Origin: Alphaproteobacteria bacterium
Lineage (GTDB): Bacteria; Pseudomonadota; Alphaproteobacteria; SP197
Direction: 5' to 3'
Length of the DNA stretch: 64,000 nucleotides
Assembly (NCBI GenBank): GCA_965228895.1
Contig: OZ245842.1
Location: 1,312,001 to 1,376,000 of the forward strand
The translations under genes and the position numbers were made by a program. Under the pieces are notes generated by a model. That model saw only the letters and a list, made by a program, of their open reading frames with translations. It was not told where the DNA came from and searched no databases. Shown one piece after another: positions 39,905-48,122 of the stretch. Numbering within the stretch: the first letter of the stretch is position 1; each line of letters opens with the position of its first letter.

Positions 39905-42900
39905 ATGAACGTGGTCGACCGACAGTCGGAACATCTCCTGCCGGTGATGAACGGCGAGCGCAAGGTCGTCACGGTCATCTTTGCCGATATCGTAAGGTCG
40001 TCTGAGCTTGTCGCCGGGCACGACCCGGAAGACGCCAACGACCATCTGCTTCCAATTCTGCAGGCCATGATCGATGCCGTGCATCGCTTCGGCGGCACGG
40101 TCAACCAGATCCTGGGCGATGGTATTATGGCCGTGTTTGGCGCGCCGATGGCCCAGGAGGACCACGCGCTGCGCGCCTGCCTGGCCGCGCAGGTGATGCA
40201 GATGATGGCCACCCATGCCTTGCGCAACAGCGTCTGCGACGCCCTACGCAACCATCGCATCAGGATCGGCATCAGCTCCGGTGACGTGGTGGCGCAGACT
40301 CTGAAGGGCGACTTCCACACCGAGTACCGCATTGTCGGCGAGACGGTTTATCGTGCGTCACGGCTTGAGAACGCCGCGACACCAGGCAGCATTTTTGTCT
40401 GTCGCGACACCGTTCGCCTGTCGCGCGGCGCGGTCGACGCCGAGGCGGTCGGCGCCGTAACGCTGTCGACCGAGGCGCGCGCCATCGAAGCCATGCGGCT
40501 GAAGGCCGTTGCGACCTCTCACAACCTGTCTGACCACACCGCAGAGACCGGCGCTCCAGCATTGGTTGGCCGCCAGGACGAGCTGGCCGACTTAAGAAAT
40601 TGTCTGGCCGAAACCGCGACGGGTTCGGGAACGTCGATCGTGGTGACATCCGACGCCGGCGTTGGCAAGTCCAGGATTATCCGCGAGCTGGTCGACGATT
40701 TGTCTGAACGTGACTATCGCGTCGTCGAATGCGAGTTGCACCCCACGGGCCTGGCGCGCCCCAGCGGTACCATTACGCGCGTCCTGCGCGGTGTGCTCGG
40801 TTTGCTTGCCGACGACCGGGAAGCGCTGGAGTTCCGTCTCGATCAGATTGATCTGCGTGATCCCATCTTGCGTGTCGCGCTGTTGGATGTGCTTGGCCAT
40901 CCGGTCGAGCATCCGGGTTGGGTCGAAAGCTCGCCGTCCGAAAAACTTCGTTTGACCGTCGATGCGGCAACGTCGGTCATCATCGACGTGGCGCGCGACA
41001 AGCCGGTCGTCATCGTGCTTGAGGATGTTCACTGGGCCGATACCCAGTCCCGCGCGTTTGCCAAAGAATTGTCCGGCCGTGTTTCGGATGCCGCCGTCTT
41101 GATGCTCGCGACGTCGCGCATTTGGAGCGAGCCTGTTTGGTCCGAATGGCCCGGCGTACGCGAATTGCGCCTTGAGTCGTTGATGCCCGATCAGACCGAG
41201 CGTTTGCTCGATCGCATGCTCGGCGTTCGCAAGGAGCTCGCCCATCTGAAACAGCGCCTGGTCGACATGACCCAGGGCGTCCCGTTCTTTATTGTCGAGT
41301 GCGTCCGGAGCCTTAAGGAAACCGGCGCTTTGCAAGGTCAGTTCGGCAGTTATCGACTGATGGTGCCGATGACCGAGATCAGCATTCCGGCAACGGTCCA
41401 CGGCTTGCTGGCCGCGCGGATCGACACGCTTCCGGCAGCCGACCGTTATGTCCTGCTTTGTGCCGCGGTCGTCGGTCAAAGTTTCGACGTCGGCCTGTTG
41501 CAGGAGATTACGGGTCGCAAGTCGCAGGACATCTTGATGCAGCTGAACCGGCTGCAGGCAGCGGGTTTCGTGAACCGCACCCGCATCGTGCCCAACCTAG
41601 AATTCAGTTTCCAACATGCGCTGACGCATGACGTCGCCTACGAGACGTTGCTGAAGAGCCTGCGCCGGGATTTGCACGGTCTGCTGATGAACGCGCTGGA
41701 GCACCGGCGCTCGGATCAAATGCCAGGCCGGATCGAACTGCTGGCCCATCACGCGTTCCGTGCTCAAGATTGGCCGAAGAGTGTCGTCTATAGTCGCCTT
41801 GCCGGTCGTGAGATGCTGACGGCATCGCGCAATGCGGAGGCCGGTCAGTGTTTTGAGCAGGGATTAAGCTCTCTCGACCAACTCGAGGACACCTCGCGCA
41901 ACGCGGAACGTCGCGTCGATTTCCACATCGAGCTGATTCAGGCGTACTTCCCGCTCGGTCAAGGCGACCGCGTTAAAACGCATATCGATCGTGCCGAAGA
42001 GATCGCTGAGAAGCTGTCCGACTACCGCCGACTTGGCCACCTCGCGTCATACAAAAGCCTTTACCTGTGGTCGGTCGGCAAGGTCGCCAGGGCGATCTCC
42101 ACCGGAAAGTCGGCGCTTGGGTTGGCGCGCAAGCGCGGCGACCGGGATCTCGAAATCCACGTTGCCGGTCGTTTAGGGGCATTGTTGGTCGATCGCGGCG
42201 ATTTCGACGCGGCTTGTGCCCTGTTGGAACGAGCGATCAGTTTGATCCCGCCCGAAATGAACCACAGACGGTTCGGGCTGTTGCCGGTAGCGTCGGTGAC
42301 CACGTTGGCGTCGCTGTCGCGTGGCTTGGCCGAGTTGGGCGATTTCAAAAAGGCGCTGCAGTACGGCGACCAGGCGATCCAGATCGCCGATGAGGTTGGA
42401 CACGGTTTCAGCCAGATTTACGCCAATCTTTGGGTCGGCAACGCCTTGATCAAAAAAGGCGATTTCGAGCGAAGCATTCCCCCGCTGGAACGTTGCCTTG
42501 CGCTTTGTGAAAAGACCGAACTTGATTTGCTTTATCCGCGCAGCAAAAGTTCGCTCGGTTATGCCTACATGCATGTCGGCCGAAACGATGAGGCATCGGC
42601 CTTGTTGACCGAAGCCATCGATGACGCAGGCAACGGGCCGACACGCTGGAACAACGCCCAGCAGCTTGCTTGGTATGCCGAATTCCTTCTGCGCAACGGT
42701 AACGTCGAGGAAGCGAGCAAATGCGCGGTACAGGCGCTGGAGCTTGCCGTTGAGTCGGGCGAGAAGGCGTCGGAGGCATGGTCGCTGCTGCTTTTGGGCC
42801 AGGTCCAGAATTCACTGTGTGCTCAGCCAGAGCCGACGGCCCATCGCTATCTGACAAAAGCCTGGGACATGGCGGTTGCGCACCGCATGGGGCCTCTGGC

Positions 42901-43081
42901 TGCCCACTGCCATCGTGGCCTAGCGGACTTTTACATGCGTCACAACGCGCCGCAGAAAGCCCATGCGGAGATTGATGCTGCACTGAGCTATTACGGCCGG
43001 CACGGCATGGACACCTGGTTGCGTTATGCGCGCATGGACCTGCAACTCGTCGGCGACCTTCGCGCCGAGCGCGTTCACTAG
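39905..43081 (+). CDS. Class III adenylate/guanylate cyclase - STAND (AAA) ATPase - TPR protein
   Basis: ERKVVTVIFADI, LGDGIMAVFGAP..EDHA.RA, RIGISSG, LVGRQDEL, Walker A DAGVGKSR, Walker B VIVLEDVHWAD, GVPFF, FQHAL..DVAY and helical TPR-like C-terminus. Confidence 0.9.
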   Translation: MNVVDRQSEHLLPVMNGERKVVTVIFADIVRSSELVAGHDPEDANDHLLPILQAMIDAVHRFGGTVNQILGDGIMAVFGAPMAQEDHALRACLAAQVMQMMATHALRNSVCDALRNHRIRIGISSGDVVAQTLKGDFHTEYRIVGETVYRASRLENAATPGSIFVCRDTVRLSRGAVDAEAVGAVTLSTEARAIEAMRLKAVATSHNLSDHTAETGAPALVGRQDELADLRNCLAETATGSGTSIVVTSDAGVGKSRIIRELVDDLSERDYRVVECELHPTGLARPSGTITRVLRGVLGLLADDREALEFRLDQIDLRDPILRVALLDVLGHPVEHPGWVESSPSEKLRLTVDAATSVIIDVARDKPVVIVLEDVHWADTQSRAFAKELSGRVSDAAVLMLATSRIWSEPVWSEWPGVRELRLESLMPDQTERLLDRMLGVRKELAHLKQRLVDMTQGVPFFIVECVRSLKETGALQGQFGSYRLMVPMTEISIPATVHGLLAARIDTLPAADRYVLLCAAVVGQSFDVGLLQEITGRKSQDILMQLNRLQAAGFVNRTRIVPNLEFSFQHALTHDVAYETLLKSLRRDLHGLLMNALEHRRSDQMPGRIELLAHHAFRAQDWPKSVVYSRLAGREMLTASRNAEAGQCFEQGLSSLDQLEDTSRNAERRVDFHIELIQAYFPLGQGDRVKTHIDRAEEIAEKLSDYRRLGHLASYKSLYLWSVGKVARAISTGKSALGLARKRGDRDLEIHVAGRLGALLVDRGDFDAACALLERAISLIPPEMNHRRFGLLPVASVTTLASLSRGLAELGDFKKALQYGDQAIQIADEVGHGFSQIYANLWVGNALIKKGDFERSIPPLERCLALCEKTELDLLYPRSKSSLGYAYMHVGRNDEASALLTEAIDDAGNGPTRWNNAQQLAWYAEFLLRNGNVEEASKCAVQALELAVESGEKASEAWSLLLLGQVQNSLCAQPEPTAHRYLTKAWDMAVAHRMGPLAAHCHRGLADFYMRHNAPQKAHAEIDAALSYYGRHGMDTWLRYARMDLQLVGDLRAERVH

Positions 43082-43297
43082 ACCGGGCAATCCGGCATTG
43101 CCGGGGGCCTGATCGGACGGTTTTCTCCTTTTTAGTGTGATTCGCTTGCGCGTTGCTCGTAACGCGTGCTGCTGGCTGCACGCCGTCGCTGATCGAGGAC
43201 GGTGCTTCCCGACGCCGACTTCCCGATGGCATCGATGCGCCATCAGGCGCGCAACGCCTAAGCTTTTCTGAAATTATTCGAACTTGAACCTGGTCGA

Positions 43298-43313
43298 TGT
43301 GAACCAATTCACA
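43298..43313. promoter_or_regulatory. CRP/Fnr-family binding site TGTGA-N6-TCACA
   Basis: TGTGA ACCAAT TCACA is a perfect CRP core consensus, ending 71 nt upstream of the precursor ATG. Confidence 0.75.
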
Positions 43314-43384
43314 GACGGCCAAGACCCCCGTTGGTAGCCCTGATCTTGTCTGTGGCTTGGCAGAAAGTGATCAGGAGGTTGCTA

Positions 43385-44185
43385 ATGGCAACTACGCTTA
43401 GTGAGGGCACACTGCTGCGTGGCCCTGATGGTATCCTGTACCGTGTCCATGCTGGACACGCGATGGAGGTCCACGAGCCCCGTGCTGGTGAAACTTCCGA
43501 TGTTACCTTCAACAGTGAGGAACGCGAATGGTCTGCAGCGGACCATGCCTCGTCCCGCCTAGCGATCGACCCGGGCGACAGTGCGTCGTCGCGTTTGGCG
43601 ATTGATCCGGGTGACCATGCGTCGTCCCGTCTGGCTATCGAACCGTCGGAAGACTATTCGATGGCCGCCGGCGACAGCGCATCGTCGCGTCTCGCGATCG
43701 ATCCGGGCGATCATGCATCGTCGCGCTTGGCGATTGATCCGGGTGACCATGCGTCGTCCCGTCTGGCTATCGAACCGTCGGAAGACTATTCGATGGCCGC
43801 CGGCGACAGCGCATCGTCGCGTCTCGCGATCGATCCGGGCGATCATGCATCGTCGCGCTTGGCGATTGATCCGGGTGACTATGCGTCGTCCCGTCTGGCT
43901 ATCGAACCGTCGGAAGACTATTCGATGGCCGCCGGCGACAGCGCATCGTCGCGTCTCGCGATCGATCCGGGCGATCATGCATCGTCGCGCTTGGCGATTG
44001 ATCCGGGTGACTATGCGTCGTCCCGTCTGGCTATCGAACCGTCGGAAGACTATTCGATGGCCGCCGGCGACAGCGCGTCGTCGCGTCTCGCGATCGATCC
44101 GGGCGATCATGCATCGTCGCGTTTGGCGATTGATCCAGGTGACCATGCCTCGTCGCGTCTGGCCATCGAGCCTGGCCAGATCTGA
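43385..44185 (+). CDS. Putative multi-core RiPP precursor or YcaO-TfuA substrate (53-aa leader plus 15 repeats)
   Basis: AGGAGG RBS before ATG 43385; 266 aa. ASSRLAI occurs 15 times, encoded with synonymous codon variation. Lies immediately upstream of ycaO-tfuA on the same strand. Confidence 0.8.
   Translation: MATTLSEGTLLRGPDGILYRVHAGHAMEVHEPRAGETSDVTFNSEEREWSAADHASSRLAIDPGDSASSRLAIDPGDHASSRLAIEPSEDYSMAAGDSASSRLAIDPGDHASSRLAIDPGDHASSRLAIEPSEDYSMAAGDSASSRLAIDPGDHASSRLAIDPGDYASSRLAIEPSEDYSMAAGDSASSRLAIDPGDHASSRLAIDPGDYASSRLAIEPSEDYSMAAGDSASSRLAIDPGDHASSRLAIDPGDHASSRLAIEPGQI
43544..44182 (+). repeat. Hierarchical coding tandem repeat: five 132-bp blocks (36+36+60 bp), last block truncated
   Basis: Blocks start at 43544, 43676, 43808, 43940 and 44072. 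Blocks 3 and 4 read as identical, and block 2 differs from them by one base (CAT/TAT). Confidence 0.95.
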
Positions 44186-44350
44186 GGTAGGCTGACGTGA
44201 ACGCCGCCGGTCATGTGGGTGGTAACAACGTGTGGGCAGGCGCCGTGGTCTTGTTGAGCCCGGTGTATCAAGCCCGCCAGTCCGTCCATGTGCCGGCGGC
44301 GTTCTTTGAGTCATGCAAAACCGACAAGCCGAGAGAACTTGAGAGCTTTT

Positions 44351-45628
44351 ATGCGCGCATCAAATTCGATGCTGGCGGCCGCCCCAGGCAACCCGCTGGC
44401 AGGTATCGCATCGGTCCAGAAGGCATACGATGCCGGCACGCACCGGCTGATTGCACCACAGGAAACCGTCGAACGCATCAAACCCTTGATGCCGGTGATG
44501 GGGATAACACGTATAGCCAACGTTACAGGACTGGATACTATTGGTATTCCGGTAGTAATGGTGAGCCGACCAAATTCCAGGTCGATTTCGGTGGCACAGG
44601 GCAAGGGCGCATCACTTGACGCGGCAAAGGCATCCGGTCTGATGGAATCAGTTGAGAGCTACCACGCCGAGCGCATCTCTCTGCCCCTTATGTTGGGTAG
44701 CTACGAGGACATTCGCTACAACCACAACGTAGTCGATGTCGACCGGCTGCCACACCTGACGGACAGTCTCTACACACCAAATACCCAACTCTTGTGGATA
44801 GAGGGACGCGATCTGATATCCGATCAGGGGGTATGGGTACCCTATGAGATGGTCCACCTGGACTATACGCTCCCGCTGCCCACCGGGCACGGGTGCTTCG
44901 TGCCCAGTTCCAACGGTTTGGCGTCGGGCAACCATCTGTTCGAGGCCATCTCGCACGGGATCTCTGAGGTCGTCGAACGCGACGCCGTCACCTTGTGGCA
45001 TCTGCTCGACTCTGAAGAACAGGAGCGCACGCGTGTCAATCTGGACACGGTCGATGATCCCGTTTGTCGCGAGTTGCTGGAGAAGTACGCCGATGCCGGC
45101 GTGTTGGTCGCGGTATGGGAGGTCACATCGGACATCGGCATGCCCGCCTTCCTGTGCCGCATCCTTCAGGAAGCACCGCCACCCTATAACGATTACCGGC
45201 CGGCCAGTGGCATGGGCTGTCACCCGGCGCGCCATATCGCTTTGTCGCGTGCCCTAACCGAAGCGGCGCAGAGCCGACTGACATTCATCTCCGGCGCCCG
45301 CGATGATCTCTGGCGTTCGGACTATGACAGTTTCCTGGACCCCGAAACCCACAAGATATGGCTGTCCTACATGGAGTCGACCTGGGAAGGCCGTAACTTC
45401 CAGGACATGCCGACGTTTATCGGCGGTTCGTTTGAAGAGGATATCTCCTGGGAGGTCGACCGGCTTGTCGACGTCGGCGTGACGCAGGTCGTCGCGGTTG
45501 ATCTGACAAAGTCGGAGTTCGGCATCCCTGTCGTGCGGGTGATCATCCCGGGTCTGGAGGGTATGGACCATTCACCGAAGTATGTACCCGGCGAGCGGGC
45601 CCGCAAGTTGCTGAAGAGGCGCACATGA
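44351..45628 (+). CDS. ycaO: YcaO family protein (TfuA-associated, thioamide-forming type)
   Basis: GTHR..PQET, GITRIANVTGLD.IGIPV, QGKG..AKASGLMESVES, SSNGLASG..EVVERDA, RALTEAAQSR and PVVRVIIPGLE; no C-terminal PxPxP. Start uncertain (44288/44351/44369). Confidence 0.93.
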   Translation: MRASNSMLAAAPGNPLAGIASVQKAYDAGTHRLIAPQETVERIKPLMPVMGITRIANVTGLDTIGIPVVMVSRPNSRSISVAQGKGASLDAAKASGLMESVESYHAERISLPLMLGSYEDIRYNHNVVDVDRLPHLTDSLYTPNTQLLWIEGRDLISDQGVWVPYEMVHLDYTLPLPTGHGCFVPSSNGLASGNHLFEAISHGISEVVERDAVTLWHLLDSEEQERTRVNLDTVDDPVCRELLEKYADAGVLVAVWEVTSDIGMPAFLCRILQEAPPPYNDYRPASGMGCHPARHIALSRALTEAAQSRLTFISGARDDLWRSDYDSFLDPETHKIWLSYMESTWEGRNFQDMPTFIGGSFEEDISWEVDRLVDVGVTQVVAVDLTKSEFGIPVVRVIIPGLEGMDHSPKYVPGERARKLLKRRT

Positions 45629-46368
45629 GCGTGTACGTTTTCATCGGGCCTTCGATCACCTTGGAGGACGCCCGCAAGGAGATCAAAGCGACGTTCATGC
45701 CGCCGGTGTCCGAGGGCGACATCACGCGTTTGGTCGCGAACGAAAAACCGCGCGCTATCGGTATCATTGACGGCTATTTCGAGAACGTTCCCAGTGTCTG
45801 GCACAAGGAAATCCTGTTCGCGATGACCCATGGCGTCCACGTCTATGGCGCCTCCAGCATGGGCGCCCTTCGGGCGGCGGAACTCTATCCGTTCGGCATG
45901 GAAGGCGTCGGCGCCGTCTTCGAGGCCTATCGTGACGGCCTGATCGAAGACGATGACGAGGTGGCCGTCATCCACGGTCCCGCTGAACTCGGCTACCCCG
46001 CGCTGTCGGAAGCCATGGTCAACATTCGCCGCACGCTCTCGGATGCCCTGCACCATCATGTGATCGGCCAGGCCACCTATCAGCGCCTGGAGGAACTGGC
46101 CAAGACGCTGTCCTATAAGGATCGCAGCTACGCCAACCTGTTCGAGCTGGCGCGTGAGTACGCCATCGACCGTCGTGAAGTCGACGCCTTTGCCTTCTGG
46201 CTGCAGACCGGACGGGCGGACCAAAAGCGCGATGATGCGCTATTGCTGTTGCGCACGATGCGCCATCAGCTGAAGGCTGATACGCCGCCGAAAGACGTGC
46301 GTTATCACTTCGAATACACGACCTTGTGGGACAGAGCCATCCGTACCGCTGCCCAAGACACCACCTAG
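45625..46368 (+). CDS. tfuA: TfuA-like protein
   Basis: VFIGPS, GIIDGYF...VWHKEIL, GASSMGALRAAEL..FGMEGVG, DDDEVAVIHGP and AMVNIR; ATGA overlap with the ycaO stop. Confidence 0.95.
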   Translation: MSVYVFIGPSITLEDARKEIKATFMPPVSEGDITRLVANEKPRAIGIIDGYFENVPSVWHKEILFAMTHGVHVYGASSMGALRAAELYPFGMEGVGAVFEAYRDGLIEDDDEVAVIHGPAELGYPALSEAMVNIRRTLSDALHHHVIGQATYQRLEELAKTLSYKDRSYANLFELAREYAIDRREVDAFAFWLQTGRADQKRDDALLLLRTMRHQLKADTPPKDVRYHFEYTTLWDRAIRTAAQDTT

Positions 46369-46586
46369 AATCCCCAACACCCGCGTTGGCCATTGACCGA
46401 CCGCTGCGTTTCACGGACTCGCATAGGCCGGTGCAATGCATGTCCTATCTAAATTGCCGGTGCGTCTGTCTGCATCCGGTTGTGCTTGTTCGTTGGCAGG
46501 CGCCATGACACTCTGAAAATGCGGTACATGGGGGGACGGTCAGCGGACCACGGCGTGGTCTAAGAGACGATCGTGCATCCCCGGCG

Positions 46587-47321
46587 GTGGATGTGGACGA
46601 CGGCGTGACTGATCGTGTGACGACGAGAGTTGATCTCGATGCGCTCCGGCGCAACGAGCTGCTTGGCCAGCTCGAGCCCGACGAGATGGACGAATTTTTG
46701 GGACTGGCCAGCATTCAGACCTATCCCGCCGACCGTTTGATCTTTCAGAAGGCCGATCCTGGCGACCGTCTGTTCGCAATCGTCAGTGGGCGGGTCGGGA
46801 TTACGACGGAATCGGAGTCCGGAAAGTCCATTCTTCTGAACATGCTGAAGGCGGGTGACGTGCTTGGCGAAATTGCATTGTTGGATGGCAAGCCACGCAC
46901 CGCCAACGCGGTTGCCTTGGACGACAGCGAACTCCTCTGTGTCGAACGCTCGGATTTTCTGGCGTTCCTGGAGCGCCACCCCCGTCTTGCCATTCGGCTG
47001 ATGGGTGTTCTGTGCGACCGGTTGCGCTGGACCAGCGACATCATCGAGGACACGATGTTCCTGGACATTCCCCATCGTCTGGCGAAGCGGCTGATGGTTT
47101 TGAGCGATCAATACGGGAGAAAGACCGACGACGGCCTCTTGATCGATCTGCGCTTGTCCCAGGAGAGCTTGGGCCAGATGCTGGGCGCGACCAGAGAGAG
47201 TATCAACAAGGGGCTGAAGCTCCTGGAGCACAAAGGTCTGATCGAGAGCACCGGCGGCTATATCCGCGTTACCGATATGGACGCGCTGAGAGACTTCGGC
47301 GGCTTCGACGAGGCTGGCTGA
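46587..47321 (+). CDS. Crp/Fnr family transcriptional regulator with cNMP-binding domain
   Basis: IFQKADPGD, GEIALLDGKPRTA (phosphate-binding cassette) and HTH LSQESLGQMLGATRESINK. Start may be a later GTG. Confidence 0.92.
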   Translation: MDVDDGVTDRVTTRVDLDALRRNELLGQLEPDEMDEFLGLASIQTYPADRLIFQKADPGDRLFAIVSGRVGITTESESGKSILLNMLKAGDVLGEIALLDGKPRTANAVALDDSELLCVERSDFLAFLERHPRLAIRLMGVLCDRLRWTSDIIEDTMFLDIPHRLAKRLMVLSDQYGRKTDDGLLIDLRLSQESLGQMLGATRESINKGLKLLEHKGLIESTGGYIRVTDMDALRDFGGFDEAG

Positions 47322-47344
47322 GAGCGGTGTCGGGGGCGTCAACG

Positions 47345-48106
47345 ATGACCGACAGCTTGGATCGTGAGATACGAGCGCTGCGTTCGCTGCTGGACGACAG
47401 CGCCGAAACCGTGATGTTTACCGGCGCCGGTATCAGCACCGAATCGGGTATTCCCGACTTCCGCAGCCCCGGTGGTATCTGGACCAAGTTCAAACCCATT
47501 CAGTTTGACGACTTCATGGCATCCGAAGACGCGCGCCGCGAATACTGGCGGCGGCACTTCGACCTGCGCGGTGAACTCGGCAGCGCCGAACCGAACCGTG
47601 GCCACCGCGCCGTCGCCCATCTCGTGCGCCAGGGCAAGGTCAGCCATGTGATTACCCAGAACATCGACGGGTTGCACCAGCTATCCGGCGTGCCGGAAAG
47701 CAAGGTGGTCGAACTGCACGGCAACGCGACCTATGCAGAGTGTCTGGACTGCGCGGAGTCCTATGAGCTCGATCATGTCCGTGCTGTGTTCGAGCCGGAC
47801 GAGACCTTGCCGATGTGCGAGATCTGCGGTGGCATCGTGAAGCTCGCGACGATTTCTTTCGGTCAGGCGATGCCGGAAGGTCAAATGGCGAGGGCGGAGC
47901 ATGCCACGCTGTCGGCCGACCTCTTCATCGTCCTCGGCTCATCGCTCGTCGTGTTCCCGGCCGCAGGTTTCCCGATGCTTGCCAAGCGGAATGGGGCGGC
48001 CCTGGTGATCGTCAACCGCGAAGCCACCGACCTCGACGAAATCGCCGACCTCGTCATTCACGGCGAGATTGGACCCACCATGGGCGCGACAACGGGCGTC
48101 AACTAG
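47345..48106 (+). CDS. Sir2 family NAD-dependent protein deacylase (CobB-like)
   Basis: TGAGISTESGIPDFRS, ITQNIDGLHQ, ELHG, two CxxC motifs and GSSLVVFPAA. Confidence 0.93.
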   Translation: MTDSLDREIRALRSLLDDSAETVMFTGAGISTESGIPDFRSPGGIWTKFKPIQFDDFMASEDARREYWRRHFDLRGELGSAEPNRGHRAVAHLVRQGKVSHVITQNIDGLHQLSGVPESKVVELHGNATYAECLDCAESYELDHVRAVFEPDETLPMCEICGGIVKLATISFGQAMPEGQMARAEHATLSADLFIVLGSSLVVFPAAGFPMLAKRNGAALVIVNREATDLDEIADLVIHGEIGPTMGATTGVN

Positions 48107-48122
48107 GGGCCGTGGACACGCT

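Noticed and set aside
43083-43105. Hairpin GGCAAT-ccggc-ATTGCC after the cyclase stop as an intrinsic terminator
   Set aside because: The stem is short and has no adjacent U-tract, so support is insufficient.
43544-43580. Resemblance of SRLA to the SRLG stretch near the thioglycine of methyl-coenzyme M reductase
   Set aside because: Only three residues match, and the aromatic context around the modified Gly is absent.
43544-44182. Possible CRISPR array
   Set aside because: There are no unique spacers, unit lengths are multiples of 3, variation is synonymous in one frame, and no cas genes are present. It is a coding repeat.
43544-44182. Graspetide (omega-ester) or azole interpretation of the Ser/Asp-rich cores
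   Set aside because: No ATP-grasp enzyme, E1-like partner or dehydrogenase is adjacent. The YcaO lacks PxPxP and is coupled to TfuA. Ser cyclodehydration cannot be fully excluded without MS.
43559-44314. Alternative ORFs across the repeat (43581-44195 +, 43559-44314 -)
   Set aside because: These are open only because the repeat unit lacks stops in those frames. They are Arg-rich, have no clear RBS, and base changes alter their residues while preserving ASSRLAI in the called frame.
47012-48106. Sir2 as an anti-phage NADase effector, and the long 364-aa ORF call
   Set aside because: The sequence is a classic Zn-finger CobB-type deacylase, not a ThsA/DSR-like protein. The upstream extension overlaps crp, so the start was reset to 47345.
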